A DNA stretch of 64,000 bases from Eledone cirrhosa (Eukaryota): contig OZ024741.1 in the NCBI GenBank assembly GCA_964016885.1, positions 200,446,001-200,510,000 on the forward strand, written 5' to 3'. This document shows, one piece after another, positions 49,694-62,480 of this stretch (positions are counted from its first letter, which is position 1; every line of letters begins with the position of its first letter). The position numbers and the translations under genes are program-made. Below the pieces are notes generated by a model. That model searched no databases. It had not been told where the DNA came from and saw only the letters and a program-made list of their open reading frames with translations.

Positions 49694-50423
49694 GGAATGT
49701 TAATGGCTGCGCAAGAGCAGGCCCTCAAAACGAAGTGGTTGAAACACCATATTTACAAGGAGGAGGCTAGCCCACTGTGCAGGATCTGTGGAGAGAGAGA
49801 GGAGACTGTGGCTCACAAAGTATCCGAGTGTAAACACCTAGCCCAGACTCACTATAAGGGCTGGAGACATGATGTGATGGGCAGGGTGATCCACTGGCAC
49901 CTATGCAAAGTAAACAATTTACCACATTCTGAGAAGTGGTATGAGCATAAGCCAGAGTCAGTGATAGAAAACGATCAGGTGAAGGTGCTGTGGGATTTTA
50001 GGATACAGACGGACAAGAAACTGGAACACAATAGACCTGACCTGGTGGTTGTGGACAAAGAAAAAAGATCGTGCCTGATTGTGGATGTGGCCTTCCCATT
50101 CGACACGAGAGTGCAAGAGAAAGAGAGGGAGAAAATTAACCGATACCAGGACTTAAAGTGGGAGGTAAAAAGGATTTGGAACTGCCATGAAGTCAAAGTG
50201 ATCTCGATTGTCATAGGCGCACTAGGGACTATCTCAAAAAGTTTCCAGCGATGGTTAAAGAAAATTGGCCCCTTCACGCTTTTTGGAACGCTTCAAAAGG
50301 AATGCTTTCTGGGAACAGCAAGAACCCTCCGATACGTCCTGAATATCTGAGGCTGCGGGTAGTGGCTTGATATTCATTTCAACAAACTTTCCAGTTAACT
50401 AACATCAATGACTGAGACTCAAA

Positions 50424-50424
<1 letters not shown>
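49694..50424 (+). mobile_element. R4/Dong-type LINE, 5'-truncated, with an open CCHC + REL endonuclease frame ending at 50350
   Basis: AAQEQAL, CRIC...ETVAH..SEC, RHD, LWDF.IQTD, RPDLVVVD, IVDVAFP, EKINRYQDL; (AAT)n on both sides. Confidence 0.93.
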
Positions 50425-50456
<32 letters not shown>

Positions 50457-50628
50457 GCCATATATATATATGAATACAAAGAGTTTAAAACCGTTAAAAC
50501 ATGTTTATATAATAGTGCGCCTACGTACATTTCGCCCGGAATGGGTTTATCAAGGGCATGGAAAGCAAAATAATGATCAATATAGGACCCAGGAGGGAAT
50601 TCACGGTTAAATTAACATCATATATATA

Positions 50629-51345
50629 TGATGGCTGCAAACTCATGCTAAGAGTATTGCAATTGCTTGTCAAATTCACATGTGCGACGCTCAGTTATTG
50701 CTTCTCAAGCCTGCTAGAGACTTGCACTCCTTCGCACATTGACAACAACTATGGACCTCCCTGGCCTCAGGTCTTACATCAGGTTGATGTGAACCTCGAC
50801 ATGCCGCTTCAGTCCTGCTACAGATCGACATTCTTTGCCACATTCATTACATTTTGCATTACCATGGTGATTATAGTTCACTGGTTCTCTTTGAACATGG
50901 CTGCAACTGTGGCTCTTGAGACCAGATTTGCTCAAGCACACCTTTCCTCACTCAGGGCACACACATTCAATGGAGACACCGATTGTTTAATGAGATACAA
51001 CAGCGCATTGCTTACGTGTATCCCGTTTGGTCTTCTCACATTCTATGCGTCTGTTGTCAAAATTATGGACCCCTTCCTTCACTACTCCACGCCAAGTTTC
51101 TCTTTCAAGAGCTTTTATCTCCTAGTCAGCCACCATCAAACCAATTTTTTTTTCAATGAATCCTTTACACAATCTTTGAATTGGAGCTTTGGCTTGTGAG
51201 GTGGTCTCTTATCTTTGTAGACCTCGCCATACAAAAGTTGTTTCCGGATTCGATCATCTTCCATTCTGCAGAGGTGTCCGGTCCATCACAAACGACGTTC
51301 GTGGATGATACTTTCAATGCTCCGACACTCACTTCTCTCAAGGAC
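50629..51345 (-). mobile_element. 3' fragment of the same RTE family as 26545-29152
   Basis: Reverse complement matches about 28550-29152, including the gcagccatca terminus. Confidence 0.85.
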
Positions 51346-52616
51346 CAGTCAGGTCACTCTCAAGTGCTATTGGTAACATTTAACCCAGTACAACCTGTGT
51401 ATGGCCGGGTCGTCGGTGATAAAACGGGCAACCCCACCAAGCTTGCTTGGTGAGGAGGGTGATATTTAGACACCTTGCAGGATGAAATACAAGATCCGGC
51501 AAAGGGTGGAGGAACTCAGCAGAGTCAATGTCCATCCAAATAGTATTTCTTAATTTTTATTTTTACTATATTCTCATATGTGAGTGAAAGGCCGCCAGTT
51601 GTTGTCACAGAACGTTTCTAGGAGAGAGAAACTCTGAAGAAAAAACCTGCGGCTTCGGAAGCATCCGATGATATATGTATACATATATATATTTGTAAAC
51701 AATATTAATACATTACGAACACACACACACACACACACTTATTTTCCGTATATATATATACCCCCCTCATGCGGTTTTCGAAAAATAAGTGTGTTTGTGT
51801 GTGTTCGTAATGTTGTTTACAAATGTGTGAAAAAAGAAAACCAAATTTTTGAAGTGCAAATGATATGAACTTTCACCGACACATTTCGTTTTGCAGTTTA
51901 TTTAATTTAATACAAAGGCGTTCATGTTTACAACATGGTGACACTCAACTTGATCGAGTAAACATGGGACATGAACAAAGGTTTAAAACATTGTAGCAAA
52001 GTACTTTCGAAGAGATTCGAAATGGTACTAATTTTAGTTTTTTTTTTTATATCAATTCTCAGTTATCCCATAGTCTCTATTCTAGGCGAACGCAGTGTAG
52101 CGAATCGCTTATAATTAAAAGGCAAAACTTCTTTCGTGAGGCGTTAACAATACGAACACTTAACTACATATTCGATTATGCAGAATATTTATTTTACTGC
52201 TTAAGAATGATACCTATAGAATAGGCTTTAGGATGTCTTGTTGAATGGTTTGTGGTATTCGTCTCGGCTCTTTCAATTGAAATACCAACGATGTGAGCTT
52301 TACCTTTTATCCTTTCAGGGTCGTTGACAAAAGTACCAGTCACTACTGGGATAGATATTTCCTCTATATATTTTTCTCATTTTCTCCCTGTCTCTCATTT
52401 CCCTCTTTTCTTCTGGAAGAAATTGGCTAGTTTCAGACCTGGAGAAAGGATGGGCTCAACTAGGTTTAAAGTACCAATGACACGCCATATGTCATGACGG
52501 CGCCAATACGATTCCATCAGGAGTTATGAGTCTGTGTATACATGGTATTCATGATATTTTATTTGCTGTCATTGTTGGGGACGCGGGGACACAATATGTG
52601 TGTTATGTATGTAATA

Positions 52617-53167
52617 CGACGGGGCTTCAAAAAGTTCGTGGAAAAAGGACTGTTGGAAAACAACGGTTTAAGTTATGATTTTTATTTTTCAACATATGCT
52701 CCATCTAGGTCAATACACTTCTGCAAGCATTGATACCAGCCTTTAAGTTCATCTGGGAAAAACGGAGGGCCATGCGATTTAAACCATGTCAAAGCAGCTT
52801 TTTTTTACATTTTCAACTGGGTATCATCTTCAACCCCATCTCTTCCACTTTTAAAACGCCTTATCTGTTTGTAGGTTGTTGATTTCTTCGAGGCATTGTC
52901 CCCATAAACGTGCTCCAGAGCGTCAATGACTTGATTTCTCTTTCACCCTAGCTTCACCATGAATTTGATGTTTTAATGGAGACCATATAGCTCGAGCAGG
53001 TGCTGACTGTCGACTAGCGCCACCGCGTTGCAGCGTGTATTTAAGGGTTCATGTTAGAGCATGTTATGCCACGTTAGTACGAGAACGTACAGGTGCATTG
53101 AGATCAAAATCCCTGCATATCATCTTTAGCTATGTACTTTTTCCACGAAATTTTCGAAGTTCCCTTG
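52617..53167 (-). mobile_element. Hsmar2-like (irritans) mariner internal-deletion derivative, 551 bp
   Basis: TA on both flanks; imperfect ~30-bp TIRs. Minus strand reads NIKFMVKLG*KRNQVIDALEHVYG...RFKSGRDGVEDD, joined to LKGWYQCLQKCIDLDGAYVEK*. Confidence 0.88.
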
Positions 53168-53170
53168 TAT

Positions 53171-53375
53171 ATATTAAGAAAAAGAAAAGGAAGAGAGGCG
53201 ATATCACACATTCAATATCAGTTTATTTCATTACATCATCCCGTTATGTACATTTTAAAAACATCAAAATGTCCTTATTCAACTGTTATTTTGTTCGTTG
53301 TCGTTGGCGCTTGATGTAATGAAATAAACTGATGTTGAATATGTGATGCCGTATCTCTCTTCCTTTTCTTAATAT
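53171..53375. mobile_element. MITE-like element with ~60-bp inverted repeats
   Basis: aagaaaaggaagagag...cagtttatttcattacatca versus tgatgtaatgaaataaactg...ctctcttccttttctt. Confidence 0.65.
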
Positions 53376-53553
53376 TGATACTCCTTCTGATACCATATAT
53401 GTAATACCATATGGCATCCCTAACATCGAGTGCTTCCACCTGATTACACTATTGTTGGTCGATTGCTTGGATCAACTAACCTTGATTATCGTAATATATA
53501 CTGGGAAACATGATCATCATACATATTAAATACGAATTGATACTTTAACATAG

Positions 53554-53584
<31 letters not shown>

Positions 53585-53589
53585 GAACA

Positions 53590-55260
53590 TGATAGAAGAA
53601 AACACAGGAGGCAATTGTACATTGTTACATTAGGTTCGGTTCACGCTTGGTGGAAGTGGAGGAGGTGTCAACGTTTCGGACAGAAGTCCTTCATCAGGAA
53701 AGATCAGATAGAGGGAGAATAGGAACTCCGAGAAGTAGGGAAGTTAAAAAGTAAAAAAAAATAGAAAAAGAAAAATAGAAAGTAAAAATAAAAATAAAAG
53801 GAATAGTGGGGTATAGGTCCAGGGTGGAAAGTAGGGGGGTGGCATGTGTGTGGTAGTGTGTGTGTGGGGGTGGTTCGAAGGGGGAGAGGGGAGAGGGGCG
53901 CAGCAAAAGTACTCAGACTTTAGGGAGACGGCAAAGGGTTAAGTGTGTGTGTGTATGTGTAGATGTGAGTGTGTGTGTGTGTGTGTGAATATAAGTATGT
54001 GTGTCTGAAAAAGAAGCTTGTGTGTGTGAGCCTAAATTAAATAGTAAGTAACGCGTGTGGTGTTGGTAGTAGTGTATGTTGAAAGTGTATATGAGTGTTG
54101 TAAGATATTGTATTGGTGTGTGTGTACGTATGTAGTTACGTGTGTATGTGTAGATGTGACTGTGTGTGTGTGGATGTAATTATGTGTGTCTGAAAAAGAA
54201 GAAGCGTGTATTAAATAGTAAGTAAAACCACGTGTGTATGTCAATAGTGTTGTAAGTGTATTGGTGTGTGTGTGTACGTGTGTAATTACAATTGTGTGGG
54301 AATGGTGTTCATGTCTGGGTGTATAAGTTCCTGTATTGATGTTGGGGTCTGTGTGCGTGGATGGTCACGTTTGGAGCGTGGAAAGCAGAAATGAATGTAG
54401 ACGTGAATAGGAAAGCTGAAGCGAAAGAAGTGAAGTAGTGGCGCACGCAGACCGGAAGAGGTGGGGAGGTGGTAGGAGCGGGTAAGAAGGACGAGGTGGG
54501 ATCGGGTGTGGGAGGTTAGTCGGAAGGCAGAGGAGGTAGTCGTAAATTCAAAATGTGTAGGCGAGGTAACTGTGGCTTCTATATATGTGTGTGTGTGTGT
54601 GAGGAAGCGTGTATATGTATATATAAAGCCGCGTGTGTAGAGAAGTCAGCGTGTGTGTGTATACAGGCAGGTGTGTGTGAGTTGGGTGTGTACATATGTT
54701 TGTATAAAGGTATGGGGTTGTGTGTGTATAACCCAATGGTTTTACATGTATATATTTTCGGTGTGTACGACAATCTCTCTCATTGTTTATATATATATAT
54801 ACATATATATGTACATATACATACTTAGTGTGTGTGTGTGTGTTTCAGTGTATAAGTGCGTGTATGTTTATGTGTAGTGTACGAATGAAATGGACCTAAG
54901 TGTGTGGTAGAAGACGTGGGTGGGTGCGGGGGGGGGGGGGGGGGGTAGTGGTCCGTTAGTGGATTAGTGGTGTGAGGGTAGGGGGAGCTAAAGGAAAATG
55001 GATAGGGAGTTCAAACCGGCGGCGGTCCAGGTCTGAAGCAGTAAAATGTTGTGTTGCTCGATCTCAGTCGTGAATCCGGGGTTCCGGGGCACGCAATCAG
55101 GCCGCAGACAGACACATCGTGGGCGGAATGACCGGCGGAGCAGAAGTGCCGGGCGACGGATTAACAGGAGCCGAGGCGGATGTCACGCACGGAGGGGTTC
55201 GGTGAACCGCGCAGCCAAATGCCGTCCCGTGTGTCTGACATAGGTCACTTCGTCCGTAGA
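53590..55260 (-). mobile_element. Degenerate Penelope-like element: GIY-YIG C-terminus plus a long microsatellite-rich pLTR
   Basis: Minus strand at about 55245-55005 reads YVRHTGRHLAARFTE..RDIR...VARHFCSAGHS..DVSVCGL...EQHNILLLQTWTAAGLN. Hammerhead motif at 53669-53696; the downstream segment is homologous to 40455-40500. Confidence 0.7.
53669..53696 (-). ncRNA. Minimal hammerhead-ribozyme-like motif
   Basis: CTGATGA-A-GGAC(TTCT)GTCC-GAAAC-GTT on the minus strand. Confidence 0.6.
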
Positions 55261-55928
55261 CAAGGCTGGAGGTGGTGAAGCGGAAGGAGTGCTGAACATA
55301 GAGGTAGTGACCGTTAGGCCCCTGAAAGGTAGTGGTGTTGGTGATGTGAGAGTAGGTGTGGCAACTGTGTCGAGGGCAGGGAAGGGATCCAGAGGTGGAA
55401 GATGCCGACGAGGAAATATATATATATATTAAGGAAAAGGATAAAGTTTCGTTTACATGTAGTTATTTTTTAAAATTATGTATTGACCTGTTACATGCCT
55501 TTTGCAGAGGATTAGTTCAAGGTCGCCCACAGAAGTTAAGGACCCGACTCCATTTTGGGCTGTTCATCAGCCTGGTGATTCGACAAAAATGCACTGTTTA
55601 TTGTGATCTCTAATATGTTCAGTATATATAAGCATCGGACCTATTTCTTTTCGTGGATGTAAGTGTTTTAGTGCATAGTCAGGGCTACTCGTATATATAT
55701 ATATAAAAGAATAGAGGTGTAACACACGAGTTGTGATATATTGGTAAAAGGAAAAGAAAATGCTGACAAATTGTTCCCAGTGAAAAATTAGTAATAAGTA
55801 TTGGTTAGTATTCAGTTTTAGTTTTAAGTTTTTACCGGTTGCGCATTTCTAATGCTTTTCAAAAATAATTTTGAGATAGAGCGCCCGTGATGTTTGCTCT
55901 AATCAGATTAGAGCAAATATCACGGGCG

Positions 55929-55976
<48 letters not shown>

Positions 55977-56255
55977 GTGTGTGTTTATTCATGTGTGCCT
56001 GTGTATGTGTGTTTGTGCCTTTGTTTTTAACTGGGGTATTTATGTGCGCGCGTGTGTGTTGGTATGGGTGTTTGAAGACTGGAGTGGTCAGCTGGACATA
56101 AATAGAATGACCGCTCAACGTGGAGCTGTGGAGATACTGTTCGATATTTGTGTCAATCTAGGCTGAACGTTAAAAACAACATCTTTTATGACAATCAAGC
56201 ATAGAATAAAGCTACGGTATATATATATATATATATATATATAAATATATATGTC

Positions 56256-56302
<47 letters not shown>

Positions 56303-56431
56303 TATATGTCGAAACGGCCGGAGCTCAGCCGTCGGGGTCCTGACACTTTTCCTATTACCCATTCTACTACCCTAAGTATCGAGTACTCTGGTGCGTTATG
56401 GTCCACCTGGTATCTTACAACACTTTCTTTG

Positions 56432-56499
<68 letters not shown>

Positions 56500-56871
56500 C
56501 TGGTGGCTGGTTAGAAAATTACTTATAAAAAGGATGATTACATTTTAGTTACGATATATTTTTAACTAGCATCGAAGCAGTTTGATTTCTCGCTTAGATC
56601 TAATACCATGTGATATGTAATTTCTCGTCACATATACGTTCATGTACTAATGGTACATGTTGACTTTAATAAGTCTTGCATTATTTCCTCTGAACGCCAT
56701 ATCCCTGAACTGAAATTTTCTCGAGGTGATAAAATTGCTAGAACGCCTTTAACCTTTCCGTTGTCTAAGACCACCGACTAAGTATTGAGTTCTATTAAAT
56801 CGCCTGATCCCCTTTCTCAAATATATATCTTTGTGTCTGAGCTAGAAATCACCATTATTATATATGTGCCG

Positions 56872-57039
56872 TGGATTGGCAGTATCGGTAGAGGGTCGGG
56901 CGACATGCTTTGAAGCATAGAGTTACCTTTATGATCTGAGTTCAAATCCCGCCGAGGTTAACATCCTTACGGGGTCGATAAAATAAAGTACCAGTAATGC
57001 ACTGGGATAATTGCGGGACTGGTGCCAAAAGTAGAAACA
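56872..57039 (+). mobile_element. SINE with 15-bp TSD
   Basis: TSD attatatatgtgccg at 56857-56871 and 57040-57054. Confidence 0.9.
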
Positions 57040-57054
57040 ATTATATATGTGCCG

Positions 57055-57270
57055 GTAAATGAATCGGATTGACAGAATTATTAGAACGTCGGGACCAAAT
57101 ACTTTGTGGCATTTAGTCACGGCTCTTTATGTTCTGCTTTTAAATCGCGCTGGGGTCAACTTTTCATCCTTCTGGGGTCGATAAAATAAAGTATCAGTAA
57201 AGAACTCGTCTCGCTATAATTGAGTTTTCACTCCTTCTAACTTTTTTGGCCTTGTGCTTGTAATAACCAA
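57055..57270 (+). mobile_element. Older diverged SINE copy
   Basis: cggattgacagaattattagaacgtcgg head; ttcatccttctggggtcgataaaataaagtatcag core. Confidence 0.7.
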
Positions 57271-57469
57271 ATAAAATATGCAGGTAGAGTGTTCGCCTAA
57301 ATGTCTAACTTTTCTTTATTCCCATCTTACTTTCTAATTTGAAATCTGGCCGAAGTGAGAACTATATTTCAGGCCTCTGTCGTCGATAAAATACATATTA
57401 AAATACATATTAAAATACATATTAAATTAAATTAAAGTGTTCGCTCCGACATATCTGTATACAAATAGG

Positions 57470-57712
57470 TATGTGTATTTTTATATCTAGCGATATGTGG
57501 TATGTTTACGAATAAATATTTGAAAGCCTTTTAGCTATGGATTTTGGAAGCTGACGGCTAGCGCCACCAGGTGGGTTCCAGCAGTAGCAGGAGCGGGTAA
57601 TCTGCCGACAGCAGACTGTTTCTGACTGATGGTCGTTATGAAGACAACGTTCCCTCTCTCTACTATCTGCTGGGCAACATACCGTATATCGCTAGATATA
57701 CAAATACACATA
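57470..57712. mobile_element. MITE-like element with ~37-bp terminal inverted repeats
   Basis: tatgtgtattt.tatatctagcgatat..ggtatgtt versus its reverse complement at 57676-57712. Confidence 0.65.
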
Positions 57713-57869
57713 CATATATCGAATTAGTTAGTTGTATCTTCCCTCATAAATTTCAACGGTTGAAATCATTCAGTAATACACTGGGTAATTGCTGGCCTTG
57801 TGCCTAACGTAGAAACAATTATTATTATGTAATAACATTACGTCCCTTTGCGGTCTGAGTTCAAATCCC

Positions 57870-58780
57870 ACCGAGGTTAACTTTGCCTTTCATCCTTACG
57901 GGGTCGATAAAATAAAGTACCAGTAATGCACTGGGTAATTGATGGCCTTGTGCCTAAAGTTGAAACAATTATTATGTAATAACATTACTTTGAGCTATGT
58001 TTCACTGTATATACGCTGAGTTTGAAAATTGGTTTAAACTTCTTTTGTTTGTCTTCGAGAGGAAGTTTACGCCGAGGTTGACTTTGCCTTTCATCCTTAC
58101 GGAGTCGATAAAATAAAGTACCAGTAATGCACTGGGTAATTGATGGCCTTGTGCCTAAAGTTGAAACAATTATTATGTAATAACATTACTTTGAGCTATG
58201 TTTCACTGTATATACGCTGAGTTTGAAAATTGGTTTAAACTTCTTTTGTTTGTCTTCGAGAGGAAGTTTACGCCGAGGTTGACTTTGCCTTTCATCCTTA
58301 CGGAGTCGATAAAATAAAGTACCAGTAATGCACTGGGTAATTGATGGCCTTGTGCCTAAAGTTGAAACAATTATTATGTAATAACATTACTTTGAGCTAT
58401 GTTTCACTGTATATACGCTGAGTTTGAAAATTGGTTTAAACTTCTTTTGTTTGTCTTCGAGAGGAAGTTTACGCCGAGGTTGACTTTGCCTTTCATCCTT
58501 ACGGAGTCGATAAAATAAAGTACCAGTAATGCACTGGGTAATTGATGGCCTTGTGCCTAAAGTTGAAACAATTATTATGTAATAACATTACTTTGAGCTA
58601 TGTTTCACTGTATATACGCTGAGTTTGAAAATTGGTTTAAACTTCTTTTGTTTGTCTTCGAGAGGAAGTTTACGCCGAGGTTGACTTTGCCTTTCATCCT
58701 TACGGAGTCGATAAAATAAAGTACCAGTAATGCACTGGGTATTTGCTGGCTTTGTGCCTAAAGTAGAAACAATTAATTAT
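57870..58780 (+). repeat. 201-bp tandem array (about 4.5 units) of a SINE 3' half plus flanking DNA
   Basis: Unit starts at 57870, 58071, 58272, 58473 and 58674; the internal units look identical. Confidence 0.95.
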
Positions 58781-58954
58781 TCAATTGCAAATCCAATAAG
58801 TAAATGTTTGATTATGACAAGGAGATAATTTCGAAGGAATCATATTTTGCCTTTTGGATAGATAGAAATCTTAATGCAGCAAACCATAATTTGCTGCTCT
58901 CGCTTCATGCTGGTCAATCAGGTGAGATTGTTATTATTAATATTATCTGCTCTG

Positions 58955-59385
58955 AGCGGTCGATTGGCAGTATTGGTAAAGCAACCGACAAAATGGTTTG
59001 CAGGATTTAGTCACAACTTTCTACATTCTCATATCAAATCTCACCGATGTTAACTTTGCCTTCCATCCTTCTGGGGCCAATAAAATAAAGTTTCAATTTA
59101 AGTACTGGAGCCAATATAATCGACTTGCCCATCCTCAAAATTGCCGTCAACGTTAGAAAGAATTATTATTTGCACCGTAAAAGGCGGTGGATTGGCAAAA
59201 GACGTTACTGTCGGAAAAATGCATAAAAATATTTGTTCCGGCTCTACTTTCTGAGTTTAAAGCTCACCCAGGTACATTTTGCCTTTCATATTTTCGAAGT
59301 CGATAAAATAAAGTACTAGTGTCGATATAATTGACTTTCCCCTTCTTCTAAATTGCTGTACCAGAATTAGAAATCCTCATTATTT
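58955..59385 (+). mobile_element. Two older diverged SINE copies in tandem
   Basis: Heads at about 58955 and 59183 (gcggtggattggca), cores (ttgccttccatcc / gtcgataaaataaagtac) and tails (ttagaaa...attatt). Confidence 0.7.
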
Positions 59386-59529
59386 GCATTCTTCTGTCAC
59401 TGAAGACAGGATCTTTTCCTTAGCTTTTATCACATTCATAGCAATAGCACCTACTTTCCTTTAATTCCGTTTAAGCCTTCTAGCACGGAAGAAAAAAAGA
59501 ATTCAAGCAACTGAACCAGACAGATTTTT

Positions 59530-59985
59530 AATCTAATAGTATTAGGTTGTCTTTTTTATTTCAACCTAAAAGAAGAAAATAATAATTGACCAGCAATTTT
59601 GGGGGTGGGTAAAGTCGATTAAATCGAGCCCAATGCGTGACGGGTACTTTATTTTATGGACCCCATAAGGATAAAAGGCAAAGTTAACCTCAGCGAGATT
59701 TGAACTCAGATCATAAAGGTCCGTAACTCTATGCCGCAAAGCATGGCGTCCGACCTTTGCGGCATAGAGTTACGGACCTTTATGATCTGAGTTCAAATCT
59801 CGCTGAGGTTAACTTTGCCTTTTATCCTTACGGGGTCAATAAAATAAAGTACCAGTCACGCACTGGGTCGATTTAATCGACTTTCCCCACCACCAAAATT
59901 GCTGGCCTTGTGCCTATATAAGAAACCATTATTATTTTCTTCTTTTAGGTTGAATTTAAAAAAGACAACCTAATACTATTAGATT
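59530..59985. repeat. 456-bp hairpin formed by a head-to-head inverted SINE plus flank
   Basis: Arms 59530-59741 and 59755-59985 around a 13-nt loop, catggcgtccgac. Confidence 0.92.
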
Positions 59986-60027
59986 GGTTGTCTTTTTTAT
60001 TTCAACCTAAAAGAAGAAAATAATAAT

Positions 60028-60464
60028 TGTTTCTACTTTTGGTACAAGGCCAGCAATTACCCAGTGTATTACTGATACTTTATTTTATCGACCCCGTAAG
60101 GATGACAGGCAAAGTTAACCTCAGCGAGATTTGAACTCAGAATGGCAAGGGCCGTAACTCAATGCGTCAAAGCATGGCGTCCGACCCTCTACCGATACTG
60201 CCAATCCACAAAAAGAAAATAATAATTGTTTCTACTTTTGGCACAAGGCCAGCAATTACCCAGTGTATTACTGGTACTTTATTTTATCGACCCCGTAAGG
60301 ATGAAAGGCAAAGTTAACCTCGGCGGGATTTGAACTCATAATGGAAAAGGCCGTAAAAGGCAAAGTTAACCTCGGTGGGATTTGAACCTAGACCATAAAG
60401 GGCCGTAACTCTATGCTGCAAAGCATGGCGTCAGACCCCCTACCGATACTGCCAATCCACCGCC
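60028..60464 (-). mobile_element. Tandem SINE copies (two complete plus a duplicated head) on the minus strand
   Basis: Each is separated or flanked by aa(g/a)aagaaaataataat, at about 60011-60027, 60211-60226 and 60467-60483. Confidence 0.9.
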
Positions 60465-62272
60465 ACAAGAAGAAAATAATAATGATGCCTTACTGTGTGT
60501 GTGTGTGTGCTAATGTGATGTTTCAGTTTGAGAATGTGTATAACCTGCTCCATTATGTACTAGTAGAGTTCCCACTGATAAAACCATTATGGATTATTTT
60601 CATTTAGTCTGGTCGTCATTATCTCTTGTTCTTGACTACTAAAATAACGAACTGCAATGTATACATGGCATGAGTCATTTACTCCAAGAGAAAAATATTC
60701 GAGGGGAAATGAACAAAATCTGTTATGGATGGGGAGGGCGAAATAATTCTACGAAATCATTGCTTATATACCAACTGAGATATTAGAACTCTCTGGTTGT
60801 TTGGGGTGGGAAAAGCTGTTCATTGCGGGAAATTATGTGCTTTTTATCATGGTACGTGACAAACTTTTAAGCAAGCGGCCCAATCGTGTCGACAATGATT
60901 AACTTGGAGCCTTCCCCAATTAAAATGACAAGGCGACAGGAGGTTGTTGTTTGTTTGCTGTTTTGTTTTTAGTTTTGCTTTTATGTAAACACTATCATGT
61001 TAAAAAGCCAGCCGAATTTTAAGTCTGAGGTCAGAGGTCAAAGTAAGTTTAAACTAAGGCATTTGCTACTACTTATTCAGGTATTCATAACAATCCGATG
61101 GTGGTGATTCTTTGACATAGTAATTCTGCCTCGAAAGCCAGTGTTAAATGTTGTAGTGAAACCGATTTTCCAGAGCTTCTCAGTTAATTTTAAAGGAATC
61201 AACTCAGCATCTAAATACTGTTACATCTCAGTAATGTGATACAGCCAGTCGCCATGTTATTACAATGTGTTGACATCTCGTTATTAAAAATGACATTGTG
61301 TTGTAAGCAGCGCCGAAGAATGTACAGTTCTCATGTTAAGAACCCGTAACACTAGATGTTTTCTTAGTAATAAAATAGGGGGATGGACTATGAAATTGAA
61401 AGGTCGTTTGTTCTTAAGAATAGCTTCTATAAATAATTTTTAAGCAACATTATTTTGTTTTTGTTATTGAATAATAAATGGTTTTTTTTTTTTTTTTTGC
61501 TTTATAGCTATTGAGTAATTCTAAACTTTATTAAGAATAGGAAAACAAGCGTTCGTTTAGTTATGGTCAGTCAACATGATAATTTCCAATTCATCTGTTG
61601 TCGAGACACCTTATTTTAGGTTTGATTGATGTAATAACGCAGGCAGTTGCCGAAATACAATAGTACGTTTTCTTTAGGCATTCATGCTACGATAGAAAAG
61701 AAGACATAGCGGTGCGAAGCTACAGATACAATATATAACACAATCGGATAGTTATTTCTACTTACACTACTGGTAATGAGCGACTGTGTTAATGAGCCTC
61801 AGATAATGTCAGAACACATAACTAAATTCATTTGTATGTGAAATAAATACCTAAAACGAAATTGATGTACAAGAGGGGATATAATAATACAAACTTGCAA
61901 AATAAATGACATTGAACTACTAGTAAAGATCACTCGAGATAAAATGTATCTGTACATACAGCCTTCCGAAATATTTAGTCTAAATAAGAGGACATTATAT
62001 GAGAAATTTTCTGGCATTTTATTCTTTTTCAAGTAAATCAATTCTTCCAAATATGAATTGAATTTCGTGCAAAAGCCTATAACTCTAGTAACACACGAGT
62101 GAAAGACGTACTTTGTTGTGAGTAATAATATTTGGAAGTCGGCCCACCACTTTTACTGTGTATCAAGGTTCAGACCAGCAGGGTCCATCCTCCTGCAAGT
62201 GACACTGGTATAAAGATTTGAATTCGTCATTGTAAGCTTACTCAATATTTCTTAAGTATATAGTGTTCCCGT

Positions 62273-62480
62273 GGAGGCACGTGGCTTAGTGTTAAGGATG
62301 TTGGACATACGATCATAATGCCGCGGGTTCGATTCCTGGACTGGGCTATGTGTTGTGTTCTTGAGCAAAACACTCCATTTCACATTGCTCCAGTATACTC
62401 AGCTGAAAATGAGTACCAGTGGTAGCTGGTTTTTACACTGTTTTAACACTGCTATGGACTGGCGTCCTGTTCAGAGGGAA
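62273..62480 (+). mobile_element. Second tRNA-derived SINE family (CORE-like)
   Basis: A box TGGCTTAGTG, B box GGTTCGATTCC, then tgtgttcttgagcaaaacact...tcacattgctcca. Confidence 0.75.

Noticed and set aside
50558-51199. 213-aa plus-strand ORF
   Set aside because: Antisense to an RTE 3' fragment.
51345-51670. Possible RTE 5'UTR-like or SINE fragment
   Set aside because: Only a vague motif resemblance; no ORF, Pol III boxes or TSD to define it.
57870-58780. Possible CRISPR-like array
   Set aside because: Units are identical 201-mers without unique spacers, derive from a SINE, and no cas genes are present in this eukaryotic DNA.
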